Shown: positions 24,693 through 36,592 of the stretch, one piece after another
Layout: each line of letters starts with the position of its first letter
How positions within the stretch are numbered: position 1 is the stretch's first letter
NCBI GenBank assembly: GCA_964270895.1
Contig: OZ185435.1
Direction: 5' to 3' (one strand)
DNA: 64,000 bases
From: Podarcis filfolensis
Lineage: Eukaryota
The notes under the pieces: model-generated
What the model was told of the DNA's origin: nothing
The model's database searches: none
The model's input: the letters and a program-made list of their open reading frames with translations, nothing else
Position numbers and translations under genes: made by a program

Positions 24693-25624
24693 GCTCTGCA
24701 TCAATGCAAAGTGTCCATTATTATCTTTAATAAAGCCATAGATAGTTTGGGATGTAGATTCAAAAAGGAGCATTTCTTCCCATTGCAATGGGCCCATAAC
24801 TTCTACTGAGATCCCCTGAGTGCTTCCATTAATAGAGGTGCTGTATTCAGGAACAAGGGAGAGAGCTTTCTGAGTAGTGGCACCTCAGTTATGGAATGCC
24901 CTCCCTTAACAGTCTCACATGATACCTGTGAAACATTTTGGCCTCAGGCAAAAACATCTGCATTTACCCAGGCATTCTAATATGTTGTAAATCCTACTTT
25001 CATTTTCAAGGATTTTGTCTGCTCTATTATTTATATCATGATATAAATTGGTTGTATGCTGCCCTTAAATCCAAATAGTATAGACATGTTTTAAATAAAT
25101 GAAACAGGTGCTTTTTATTCTCCTTAATAGTGGTTGGCAGGAGATGCCTTTCCTACTTATGAAGTAGTAATTAAATGCCTACTTGATGCCACTAAGCTAT
25201 GTCTTGCCTAGTTATGGAGGTTATCTAAGGTCCCTACTCTCTCTGTTAGCTATGGGACTTTGCAATTATGAGTAAATTAACTGAACAGATCCTAGTAGCA
25301 GGAGGACAAATAAACAACAACTCTGCTTCCTTGAATGTTTGTTACTTTGGTTTCATATACTGTACAGTACTAATATAAACAAGCAGACATTTCTCAAGCC
25401 ACAAACTGATATATTGCAGTTATGGTCCTTTAATATTTGCCAGCTTTTTCACAAATGTATGTTACGGAATGTTGGAATGGGGTAGGGGAGGAAATGTTTT
25501 GTGCAGTGCCAACAATCTAGAAAGACCTAATGACCCACCCATTTAGTAGAGATCTCCTTCATCTCTGCTTGCTATATTTTGACTGTGCAATGGGTTTTTT
25601 TAAAAATAAAAAAACCAGATCACT

Positions 25625-25768
25625 TAGAATCATAGAGTTGGAAGGAATCCTGAGGATCATCTAGTCCAACCCCCTACAATGCAGGAATGTGCAGCTGCCC
25701 CATACGGGGATCAAACCTGCAACCTTGGTATTATCAGCACCATGTTTTAGCCAGCTGAGCTATCCAGG
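25625..25768 (-). mobile_element. tRNA-Ile-headed, CR1-tailed SINE
   Basis: Reverse complement CCTGGATAGCTCAGCTGGCTAAAACATGGTGCTGATAATACCAAGGTTGCAGGTTTGATCCCCGTATGGG aligns to vertebrate tRNA-Ile, then a CR1 tail. Confidence 0.82.
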
Positions 25769-26954
25769 CTTAAAAGGCTTATTAACAGGTTATTGGTGAT
25801 GATTGAGACATGGAGCCTCCATGTTCATGGGCAGCATATCCCTGGTGATCAGATGCTGGGATGAAAGAACAATTCAATGTCCTGGTTGTCTGCTTCCCAG
25901 AAACATCTGCTGTTCCTGTGTGTGTGTGTGTGTGTGTGTGTACGTGCGCATGCATGCATGCATGCATGCACGCACGCACGCACGCACGCTCTTGATAGTG
26001 AGTCTTAAAATGGACCCTATTCATTTCATGTAAAACAGAAATAAAATGAGCAGGTGAGTACAGGGCTCCTGCACCTTTAATAATAAACTGCACCTGGTGA
26101 AATTTCGTCTTCTACACAACTATTAAAGGTGCAGGAGCCCTGTCATCTTTTCCAACCTGAACAGAAATTAACCCCAGGGAACAGGATGCTCTACAAAAAC
26201 AAGCAAACAAATCCCCCTCTAGGATGCTTAGATTAAACTGCAGAATCAGCAAGAATTTTCCAACAACTTGCTCCTTATCAACCCAAATTCCTGCCTAAAA
26301 TAACCCATAGCCCAGCCCGTTATGTATAGCTATTTAAGATCAGGGAGGCTCCTGTAGAAGGACTAATCCCACTTGCAGTAACTGTGTCAGGGAAGTCACA
26401 GAATGCCCTGTACAATCAGCATCCTGCTGAGGATTTCTTGCCTCTGTGGGTGAATCATCTGGCGATAAGGTGAAGAAATCACATGCCTGGATGGGTTATA
26501 AAACAGCAGTTCCACGTGGCTGGTGAGATGTTCTGTCAGGCTTATGAGATTTTGGAACTTAGTCCATTGGCAAGCTGCCTTCAGCAGTATAGACAGGGCA
26601 TGTGGGAGCAATGCTCTCCTGCTATACACGAATGTCTGCTGCAATCATTATCTAGTATAACCATCAGGTGTCAGTCACAAATCCACACACCCCTTGCTCC
26701 TGCAGAGCCACTCTACATTTGAAAACTAGAGGAGACACACAAAGTGGTCGTTTAAGCAATGCATTTCCATTTAACACTTGTGTGTTGATAACCCAGCTGT
26801 TGAGAGTGTTTTTCAAAAAACAAACATATCACATGATCGTCTGCTGAGTTGTCCAAAGCTTGTTTAAAAAATATCTATCTGTAAATACAGAGATTGATAC
26901 AGAAATTTTCATGGTGTTTTAACCAGTAGTGCAGTAGCAAATTCAGAAGTGCAG

Positions 26955-27717
26955 TGTCAGGGCTGGTTCAGCACAGAAATTCAAAAGTGAGCAGTAAGGT
27001 TGATTCTTTATTCAGAGACACAAAACACAGCAGAGAACTTGGTGGGCAGAACTAGCGCAATGAAGCAGTTGCCAGAACTGTGGATCTGAGCCTCAGACTT
27101 CATCCTAAAATTTCTCCCGGGTGAGCTGCCTTCCCAATACAGTGGTACCTCGGGTTACATACGCTTCAGGTTACAGACTCCGCTAACCCAGAAATAGTAC
27201 CTTGGGTTAAGAACTTTTCTTCAGGATGAGAACAGAAATCATGTGGCGGCGGTGCAGCAGTAGCAGGAGGCCCCATTAGCTAAAGTGGTGTCTCAGGTTA
27301 AGAACAGTTTCAGGTTAAGAATGGACCTCCAGAACGAATTAAGTTCTTAACCCGAGGTACCACTGTAGTAGCAAACTCCTTCATGGAGGGGCTGTCTGGG
27401 CCTTTTCTTCTGCTGCATGCAATGCCCTCCTCGTTCTTCAGGACAGAGGAGGAGGGGAGGGGGAAACTGTGGAAGTGGCAGATTGCTGGGGATCTGTTGC
27501 TGCCTCAGCCTCCTCCTCCTCAGCTGTCTCACTCTCAATTAAACCTATTGCTTGCTCAGCCTCCAACCTGTCTGCCCCCTTTCTTCCTCTGACTTGGCTT
27601 CTGAATCCCACCACCATTCTCCTGACTCGGAGCCTTCCCACTCTGAAGCTTCCCTGTGGGGTGGGTTCCCTGGCTGTAGCCTCCCACCATTCCCCCTTGT
27701 CTAGCCAGTCCCTGATA
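26955..27717 (-). mobile_element. Solo LTR with nested MITE and decayed U3 reading frame
   Basis: Termini TGTCAG / CTGATA; TSD TGCAG/TGCAA; minus-strand AATAAA at 27007-12. Confidence 0.82.
27140..27365 (+). mobile_element. Tigger/pogo-like MITE (226 bp)
   Basis: Perfect 18-bp TIR CAGTGGTACCTCGGGTTA; TA TSD (27138-39, 27366-67). Confidence 0.93.
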
Positions 27718-28064
27718 TGCAAGATCCATTCATACAAATCACAGCCACGCCCCTCTCACTGTTATGCTTCCTTATAAGACTTTATAATCCACTAAGATTA
27801 TACAGTAATCTTATAATTATACAATAAGAGCAATTAAGGATGCATGTGCTACTATTTTTTGTGCGTGTGCATAGGCAAATGATTTGGAGAGCTCCAGTCT
27901 CTTCTTTCAGAGCGAATGACATTTTCCTTGAAGTTCCATCTTACATAACAGAACTTGGAACATCCTTTGTTTTCAGTGTTCCCAAATGCTTAGCTTTGGA
28001 GCATCCAGAACAACAACTGCATTATGTTCTTCCCATGTGCCTTCTCAAGAGTGGCCCAAGGAGC

Positions 28065-28470
28065 TGTTGGAAACATGCCTGGGAAGGCCCCCAACTTCCC
28101 AAGTCTTCGGGGCGTCTCTCCAGTGGTCCTCCTTGGCTGTAAATCTCCCTCAGTCCAGAGAGACCGGTGATAAGCGACCCCTCTCTCCTGAGAGGAGCAC
28201 ACTCGTCTTCTGGCGTATCGTTGCAGAAGAAAGACTCAATCAGTAGCTCTAAAACTACTTTATTTGCAGTCTATATACAAAGACTCCATCAGCACGTCTG
28301 TGCTCTTTCAGCATCAGTACAGAACAGCAACACTTTCAGAAGTGAAACTAACTTCCAACAGTCCTCAGACTTCCTGTCTCATGCTCACTCAGACACTCAC
28401 ATGATGTACACAAAACATAGTACAACAGTACCACTTGCTGGAGCAGCTTGGATAGATAAAAATCCTAACA
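28065..28470 (-). mobile_element. Solo LTR (406 bp)
   Basis: TGTT...AACA termini; perfect 5-bp TSD GGAGC (28060-64, 28471-75); minus-strand AATAAA at 28259-64 and TATATA at about 28272. Confidence 0.88.
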
Positions 28471-29578
28471 GGAGCCAGTCCTCAATGGCTGACTCACCTT
28501 TCACTCTGATTGGCTTGAATCAGCACAAAGGGGGAGACGGCTCCTTGTCAGTGACTGGAAAGATCCACTTTCATGCTGACTGGGTGGTTCTAGGGTGCTA
28601 GAGACAGGGACCTTGCTGAGTCTTTGATCCCCTTTGATGACTGGGCCACCACACCTCTGGTTTTAACAAACGAAAGACTGTGTTTGGAAGAAGTGGTCTA
28701 CTTTCATTATTTCTGGTGCTCGCAGCAGATTATTGGGGGAAAGTTAAAAGAATAGAAAATGAGTTGAAAGAAAAACCTAAAATGGCAATTCACAGGACAT
28801 ATCTTGGATATGCTTACTTGGAAGTTGTTTCCACTGTGTCCAGTGGAACCAGCCTGAGATGTTTTGCTGCTGTAGGCAAAATGCCCTGATGCCACACCCC
28901 ACAGAACCTGCCAGTGCAACTACACAGGTGCCTTTGGCTGTGCCACACTGCTGCCGTAATGCAGTGACAAGGGTGCAGTGGTGCGAGTGAAGCCTGGGGG
29001 GTGGGGTGGGGAGGTTGGCAGCAGCTCAGTGGCTGGGGTGGGGAGAAGGTAGGGCAAGGGTCGGATCTACTACCTGATGCAAATGGCTTCACCTTGTCTT
29101 ATTGATGAATGGCGCTCACCCTCTGATAAGTTTTAAGGTTGCTGCTTAGTGATGCAGTTCCTAAGCTGCAATCTTACGTACAATTATTATTTTAATAGAA
29201 TTTTAGCTTGCCGAGTGTATACTCTCTTATAGAGAGTAAGCCCTTTTGAAATTACAGGGACTTCTGAATAAACATGCATTATTATTAATAATATCATCAT
29301 TATCATTGCGTAGGATTGCACTGCTAGCATGTCGATGTGTTATCATGCATATAGTGCTGGACTAGAAATCCTTACTTGGCTTTGCTGTGCAGCTTCCTGG
29401 AATCTGTTGAGCAAGTAATTAGCATTTAGACTAACCTACCTGTAGTGCACATAAAATGGGATCGCCCCAGGGATGCTATTGTGAGCTCCCTGGAGCAAAG
29501 GTGGCATGCAAATGAGATAGACAAATAAAATAACATACATCCCTGGCTTACTTATTTGAGGTCAGGTAGTGGGGATGT

Positions 29579-30040
29579 AAGAACATAAGAAGAGCCTGCT
29601 GGATGAGGCCAATGGCCCATCTTAGTCCTGCATTCTGTTCTCCTGATTGCCAACCACATGCCTGTGTGAAACGTGCAAGCAGGACCTGAAGGCAAGAGCA
29701 CTTTCCCCTCCTGTGGTTTCCAGCAACTCGTATTCAGAAGCATTACTACCTTTGACCATGGAAGCAAAGCATAGTCATCACAGCTAGCAACCATTGGTTG
29801 TCTTATCCTTCATGAATTTGTCTAATCCTCTTTTAAAGGTGCTGGTTATCACTGCCTTATGCGGAAGCAAGACCCATAGTTTGACTATGTGCTGCGTGAA
29901 GAAGTACGTCCTTCAAAATTCAGCTTCATTAGATATCCAAAAGTTCTAGTGTTATGAAAGAGAGAGAAATAAAACTTTTCTCTATCCACTTTCTCCATGC
30001 CTTGCATAATTTTATAAACTTTTATTGTGTCACCCTTTAC
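29579..30040 (-). mobile_element. CR1 LINE 3' fragment
   Basis: TAAGAACATAAGAA tail (reverse complement TTCTTATG repeats), then the CR1 3' UTR and ORF2 end. Confidence 0.8.
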
Positions 30041-30045
30041 TCACC

Positions 30046-30330
30046 TCTCAGGACCCGGAGTCAGGAGTAGGTCAGCAAGAAACACCTGGTGTCAGTGAAG
30101 TTAACTCTAGATTCAAAGAAACCGAAACAGTGCTGGCCTGGTGATCACAGTAACTCTTCCCAGTGGGTCCCTGCTTTCCCACCACTCCCTAAGGCACTTC
30201 CCTCAATTCCTTCCCCAGCATCCTAAGGCTCCATTGTCTCATCTCTCTCTGCTCTGCCCTCTTCATTCCATGTTCTGGGAGACCAGAAGAGGAGCAGAGC
30301 TGGCCACAGCAGGAGGGGGGGACTCCCTGA
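30046..30330 (-). mobile_element. Partial LTR (3' part) with decayed U3 reading frame
   Basis: Minus-strand end CTCCGGGTCCTGAGA (decayed ...CCTGACA); SPRT...RAEQ...SLRMLGK remnant; no TSD found. Confidence 0.6.
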
Positions 30331-30364
30331 GGCACGTCCACCACATGTGATAAAAGGTTCCTTC

Positions 30365-30680
30365 TTTTTCTTTACATTTCCAGCATTTATTATCATGTCT
30401 GATACATTTTTGCTAACTTCACTGGTGTTAAATACCACCTGTACATCATTTTCATCAGATTTTCTCTTAATACATTACAAGCTGTAAACTGGATTCCTTT
30501 TTTCCACAATTTCTCCCAATCCTCCATCAAGATATTGTGCCCCACATCCCTGGCCCATTCAATCATTACCAATTTCACTTGTTCATCTTTCGTATGCCAT
30601 TCCAGCAATAATTTATACATCTTAGATAGGTTTTTTTTGTTTTTGTATCTAGTAATTCCGTTTCCAATTTGGATTTCTCT
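30365..30680 (-). mobile_element. L1-clade ORF2 fragment
   Basis: YKLLLEWHTKDEQVK...[20 protein letters not shown] is homologous to the L1 at 55701-57780. Confidence 0.85.
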
Positions 30681-30689
30681 ATTTGAAAA

Positions 30690-30885
30690 CCAATTTTCCT
30701 ATCCATTTTAACTCTACAATGTTCTCTTTGAGGTGAGACAACCAGAAATGTACACAGTATTCCAAATGCAGTTGCGCCATAGATTTGTATATTGGCGTTA
30801 TGATTCTTATTATGGCAGTTTTATTTTCAGTTCCTTTCCCAATGATCCCTAGAATGGATCTTGCCCTTTTTACACCTGCCACACT
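30690..30885 (-). mobile_element. CR1 RT fragment
   Basis: KRARSILGII...IYKSMAQLHLEYCVHFW. Confidence 0.8.
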
Positions 30886-33800
30886 GGGCCGACATCTCTT
30901 GACCCCCGCCTGCCATCTTGAATGCAGCTTCTGGCTTGATGGAGAGACCCTACCATACTTCCTCACCAAGGCCCAGAGGCCACAATGAGTTTGGATGAAA
31001 GGAAGCAGTGCTAAGATTGGAAAAGGGGATGGTTTAGTTCCGAATCAAGTGTCCCTGAATCCAAAACCATTAACGGTCCACAAAGTACACAGAGAAATAT
31101 TGCAGACTTCCAGATGCACCACCAGTGTCATGGTGTAACTTCCAGTCAATTAATACCATCACAACGCAGCTGCATTGGTTTGGGTTTTTGAAGGTTTCTA
31201 ATGAAAGACTGGGAGGAGCTGGGAGTAATTTAATTAAACTGGCTATAATGGACACATGTTCATTTTTCTTCTCCCTTACATTTTAGGTGCATAAACATTG
31301 TCCTGTCGTTTGGTACCAGCTTTGCCAAGCAACACAGTGGGAATTTAGTTGGTTAATCATAAATGGGGACGCATGCTGCCTTTTGTACTGAGGTCTGGGA
31401 GAGAATGATAAATCCCGAGCAGCAGCGCAGGGGGCAGCTGTATAGGAGGATAATGCACTGCCTGATGCAAGTGATTTGAGGGAGCTGCTTGATTTAGTAA
31501 CATCCGGTTTACATAATGTGGAGCGATTCTGGCCTCTCGAAAAATCGACAACAACCACTGAAGATTACCGCACGCCAGCAGCCGTTTTGTGGATTATCTG
31601 CTTCAACGTCCCAGAAGATTAATAATGTCACTTTCATCCCAGTGTCAATATGCACCATCTCCTGATGAACATGGTGCCAGAAATGCTGCCAATCTCCCTT
31701 TCCCTATTTCCCCTCATCTCTGCTGCTCAAAACAAACACACTTGCCCTCCCACACCCCTTGTATATGGCTCTTCCAAGCACAGAAGGAGAGAAGTGAGGG
31801 AACTAGTCTGAGAATTAAGTGTTGCCTGTTTGTGACTTTCTCCACCCTTTCATTAGGAGTTGGTGAGTGTCATTTCAGAGGTGACCTCATAAGTGCCCCA
31901 TTTTTCTTGTCTCCTGAATTCTTCACTGCCCCCCTCTTTTAACATAGCACAGTATTTGGGGCTGTCTTTGAAAATGTTCTGGAAATTTAAGTTGCTTAGG
32001 AACTAAATATCTCGAACTGAGCAATATAAGCACATTGGATCAGTGCGTTGCCATCTTCACTGGTTCTCCATTGCTGGGCCCTACTCATGGATTTGAACTT
32101 TAAGATCCTTCACAGCTTGGGACCAGCTTGGGGTGAGGGTGCTCTAAAAGAGAACTGCCTCTCTCTGCAGATGTCTGCCTGGACCTTGAAACCTGGTTAA
32201 GACCCACCATAATGGAGGGCACACTCAATTGCAATTATTGGCTGGAGCTTTCGTTGCACCTTTAAGCAGATAGAGACATATGGCCCTATTGAGAAATGGC
32301 AAAAATCCAGCAACAGTCAGGTTGTGACCAATGATGGTCAGCTCACCCTAAGGCTGCACTACTTTGGGATGCAAAATACGGTTTCATATGATATATATGT
32401 TTTGCATGTGCTTCCTTTGTCCCACAGCCTCCACTTGTAGGTAACATTCTCAAATTATTTTCTGGGCCACTCTCTGTATTGTCAGCTAGTTGCTAGCAAG
32501 AATTCTGCATAGCGTTGCCTGATCAGAATTTCAAATATAAAAAGAAGCAGTTAGCACATCATTTCTATGGAATTGCAGCAGAGCCTAATATATTCTTTTC
32601 TGTAATAAGCATGTCTTCAATGGTCCATGTGGTTCTGGAGAAAGAACATGCATGTGCATATTCTGGGCTAAAAAATATGGATTCTGCAACTGATATGAAT
32701 CATACACTGAGCTTAATTTATTATACTTCACTTTTACTGCTTTGCTTAATTAATTCTGTGTCGGCCATTCTTGGTGGCGGGGGTGGGGGAGGGGGTAAGT
32801 ATGCTTTGGAATACAGTACTGACTCCCCAACCACTTCAGATCTTATTCAGCCTCTCCCTGCCCCAGCTTCTCAGATTTCAGCAGTGATGGAGGCTAGGAA
32901 CTTGTGAGATTTTTTAAAACGAATGTTGAGATTCCCAGGTAAGCTGAAATATGCACTCTGCTAGACTCACAACATTAGGGTTGCCATATTTCAAACAGTG
33001 AAAATCCAGATAGAAAAGTTGTTGTAAATTAAGGTGACTCTTCATATAAGAATTGCTAGGCAACTCTGGTTTGATAGCAATGATGAAATATACTGCAGAA
33101 CACAAAAACAGCAATAAGCACTCTGTTTCTGTTATATGCCCAATTCTTGCACTCCTTCCCCCTCTCCTTCTTGCTTTATTGGCCGCTGGATTATTTGCAT
33201 TTGTCTTGAATATTTGCAGAGAGGTTTGTAAAAATACAGCTTTGTCTTTGGGACTTCAGAAAAGATTGGCACATTATTATTCTTTTATTCTGTGATGATG
33301 TTGCGCCATTTGGTGCCCATTGGCATGAAAAGTGCAACTGGGAAGGTTTGTATCTGTATCAAAGCAACATTTTATGTGCTACTCCCAATTGATTGCCTAT
33401 TGAATTTTGAAGTGATTTATCGGCTATGCTCCTGAACATATTATGAATAATTCAGTCCTTTAATGCAGTTTGCAGCATTAACACAACTTTATTTAGTTCC
33501 TTTTGGCTGGGTTTTCAGAAGTTCCTGCTGTTTTTAAAGGAGCCAGGCTTGGGACTTAAAAAAAAACAAAACAAATCTGATTTGCAGTACTCGGCAACAC
33601 ACTCTGAAAAGCAGGTTAGTTGCCCTTCTGCTGTTACAGGTGCACCAGAAATTTAAAATGCAATGGGCCTCTCCCAATCCCCCCCCCCAAAAAATTTGCA
33701 CATTCACATCATTATTGCAAACAGACCAAGATTTTAGCCACAATTTGAATTGGGTTTGAAAATCATGGTTAAAATTTGAGGGGCCAATTTGTAACGTGAA

Positions 33801-33926
33801 AAGGGAAACTATCCACTGCAAAAGAATACAAATATTTGCATAAAATTTGCATGTGCTGGTTTATGTGTCTAGATGCATATTTATCAATAATTACCTTAAT
33901 TTAAATAGAAATACAATTTATCTCAC

Positions 33927-34266
33927 TGTTATGTACTGAGTTGAATAGGATCCAAACTGCAGCAGTCTGATTGGTCCTAGAACAATAGGATCCAAAATGC
34001 AGCAGTCTGATTGGTCCTAGAACAATAGGATTCAGAATGCAGCAGTATGATTGGTCGGCAGGAACCACCCAATCATGCTGCAGATAGAAGTGAATCCACA
34101 ACCTGATTGGCCTACAGGAGAATTCCGGAATTAGTCAATCACGTGCAGCCCATTGTGTAAATAATGTACATAAGCAGATACTTTGAGGGGACTATCTTCA
34201 TTCCTCCTCACCACTATGAGCTGAATAAAGAGCATGAAATCACTTTGCGACTCTGAGTATATTTCA
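33927..34266 (+). mobile_element. Solo LTR (340 bp) with 3x40-bp tandem CCAAT-box repeat
   Basis: TGTTA...TTTCA termini; perfect 5-bp TSD CTCAC (33922-26, 34267-71); AATAAA at 34224-29. Confidence 0.9.
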
Positions 34267-34574
34267 CTCACTATAGTGGGGAAGACTTTGGTTAGCTGAC
34301 TCCTGTGCCTGCTCTGTTGCCTCCAGACTGCCTCTGTTTTGTGAGAGGGATTCAGTCACATTCCAGAAATTTAGGTTGGGGCAATTAAAGTGGATCAAAG
34401 TGCTCTGCACAGCAAATTCTCGAAGAACTGACCACATGCTTTTGACTGTAGGGACAGTGTAGACCCAAATGAACATGATGGGATAGGGGAAAGAGAAGGT
34501 AGCTCACACTTAGGGACATGTTCTTGAGAGAGTGGCAGGAAACCCATGTTATTTGGATTCTTCATCATGAGAGC

Positions 34575-34708
34575 TCCCATCTCAAACTTGGGTCCCCAGC
34601 TGTTGTTGGACTACAACTCCCATCATCCCAAGCTAGCAGGACCAGTGGTCAGGGATGATGAGAGTTGCAGTCCAGCAACAGCTAGGGACCCAAGTTTGGG
34701 AAATACTG
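34575..34708. mobile_element. Palindromic hAT-type MITE
   Basis: CTCAAACTTGGG...CCCAAGTTTGGG arms; same family as 61007-61124 (related copies near 36680, 44035, 44560, 57860). Confidence 0.75.
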
Positions 34709-34894
34709 CTGTAGAGCAAGGGTGGGGATCCTCCTGGGCCCAAAATGCAGCCCCCCAGGCCTCTCTGTCTGGGCCCCAGGACACATCCTTGCCAGCACCT
34801 AAATTTTGCATGAATGGGATGTGGCCAATGGTACAAAGATGAGAGACACATCCTTTGCCCCACACTGGCATGTGGCTCTCAGCTGATTCCCCTT

Positions 34895-35005
34895 CATAGA
34901 ATCATAGAGTTGTAGAGCTGGAAGGGACTACAAGGGGCATATAGTCCATCTCCCTGCAATGCATGAATATTCTGCCCAACAATGGGGCTCTACCAACTGA
35001 GCTGG
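34895..35005 (-). mobile_element. tRNA-Lys-headed, CR1-tailed SINE with internal head deletion
   Basis: Reverse complement CCAGCTCAGTTGGTAGAGC-CCCATTGTTGGGC lacks the anticodon and T arms; CR1 tail present. Confidence 0.6.
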
Positions 35006-35087
35006 AATGCTCAGTTTGGATTTTTTTTTAAAAGGTTCCCCATTCATGCTGTAGGGTGACCATAGGAGACAGTCTAAAAAGAGCTAC

Positions 35088-35277
35088 GGGGGAAAGGCTG
35101 TAGCTCAGTGGTAGCACTTCTGCCTTGCATGCAAAAGGTCCCAGGTTCAATCCCCTGTAGGTCATGGAGAGCCTCCTGCCTGAAACCCTGGAGAGATGCT
35201 GTCAATCTGTGTAGACACTGCTGAGCTATATGAGCCAATCATCTGACTCAGCTTCCTGGCAGCTTCCTGTGTTCCCA
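35088..35277 (+). mobile_element. tRNA-Ala(TGC)-headed SINE
   Basis: GTAGCTCAGTGGTAG...TTGCATGCAAAAGGTCCCAGGTTCAATCCCC; TTCCT(A/G)TG tail. Other copies near 9085-9257, 44288-44495 and 49060-49170. Confidence 0.75.
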
Positions 35278-35843
35278 AGAGCTGCTCGTGCTTCTGATTC
35301 AGCTCTGTTGAACCAAATACAAGCATTTTTCAGAGTAAAATGGGGGCACATCCAAAACATCCTTTTGCAGCCACTCAAAAATCCTGGGGAATGTGGTAGG
35401 AACCGTGGCCTTCAGTCACTTAGAAGCTGCAAAGAATAATAATAAAAAAGCAAGCTTTCACTTTAGCCTTGCAAATCAGCCTACAGAAGTTACTATCGCA
35501 CAAATTGAGTATTAGGTATTGTCCGATATGGTGTTGATGGAAAGGAGATCAAGCACTATGTGTGTGCCTAAATCTTCTTGGTGTAAGGGATTCCCTGCAG
35601 TCCTGTTGCCTCTCATGTGTGCGTTGGCTTAGATATGCTCTCTGCATGCAGATTATTCCGTGGTGTATTGAGGCCAAAATCTCTATTTCAGGAAAATTAA
35701 TTGGATTGAGATTTATTCATTTGAGGTTTAATATTTGTTCCCCAGAGACGGAATGAAAGTGTTGCCGTCTGCAGTGTACTCAGCTAATCCTAGCCTTTCC
35801 TGAATGTTAAGCTTTCTTTATGGCGTCAGTGCTGTTGCCATAC

Positions 35844-36410
35844 AGAATCATAGAACTGTAGAGTTGGAAAGGACTCTGGGGGTTTTCTGGTCCAACCCCT
35901 GCAATACAGCCTCCTCAACTGAAGCCTCCTCAACTAAAGCATCCATGGCAAATGGCCATCCAACCTCTGCTTTAAAACCTCCAGTGAAGGAGAAACTACC
36001 CCTCCTGAGGGACTCTGTTCCACTGTCAAACAGCTCTTTTATCAGAAAGTTATTCCTGATGTTTAACTGGAATCTCCTTTCTTGTAACTTGAAGCCATTG
36101 CTTTGTGTCCGACCCTCCAGAGCAGGAGAAAACAACCTTGCTCCATCTCCCAAGTGACAGCCCTAGAGATATTGGAAGGTGGCTATCATCTCTCCTCTCA
36201 GTCTCCTCTTTTCCAGGCTAAACATATCCAACCCCATCAAGTTCCTCATAAGGCTTGGTTTCCAGACCCTTGATCATCTTGGTCGCCTTCCTCTGCACAC
36301 GTTCAGCTTGTCATACCCTTCTTAAATATTTATAAAGACATTGAACAGCAACAGGGCCCAGGACAGAACCCTGAAGCACCCCACTTGTCACTTTTTCCCA
36401 AGATGATGAT
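35844..36410 (-). mobile_element. CR1 LINE 3' fragment
   Basis: RTQSNGFKLQERRFQLNIRNNFL; (ATTCT(A/G)TG) tail at 35844. Confidence 0.9.
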
Positions 36411-36515
36411 GAGCCACATCATTTGCATATAATGCTACTCCTCCCCTCTTGTGTTTGTTTGTTTTTGACTCCCTAATTTAATATTTCCTGTTCTCTTTTT
36501 CTTTCTTTCTTTCAG

Positions 36516-36592
36516 CGATTCATGAATTTCCTGATGATCTATTCACAAATAAGGAAAGGCAGCAAGGAGCAGTATTGCTACATATTCTTGGT
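36516..36592 (+). CDS. SLC24A4: SLC24A4 exon (approx. coding exon 3): (A)[25 protein letters not shown]
   Basis: Polypyrimidine tract then TTCAG| at 36515; donor |GTAAGT at 36593; 77 nt, phase 1 to 0. Confidence 0.95.

Noticed and set aside
33944-34056. Regular 40-bp repeats resembling a CRISPR-like array
   Set aside because: The units are contiguous with no unique spacers, sit inside an LTR, and the DNA is vertebrate.
1-36515. SLC24A4 5' coding exons (signal-peptide exon and the exon ending NCT(D/E)P)
   Set aside because: I found no matching translation with splice sites. They probably lie upstream of the window, but a diverged exon could have been missed by eye.
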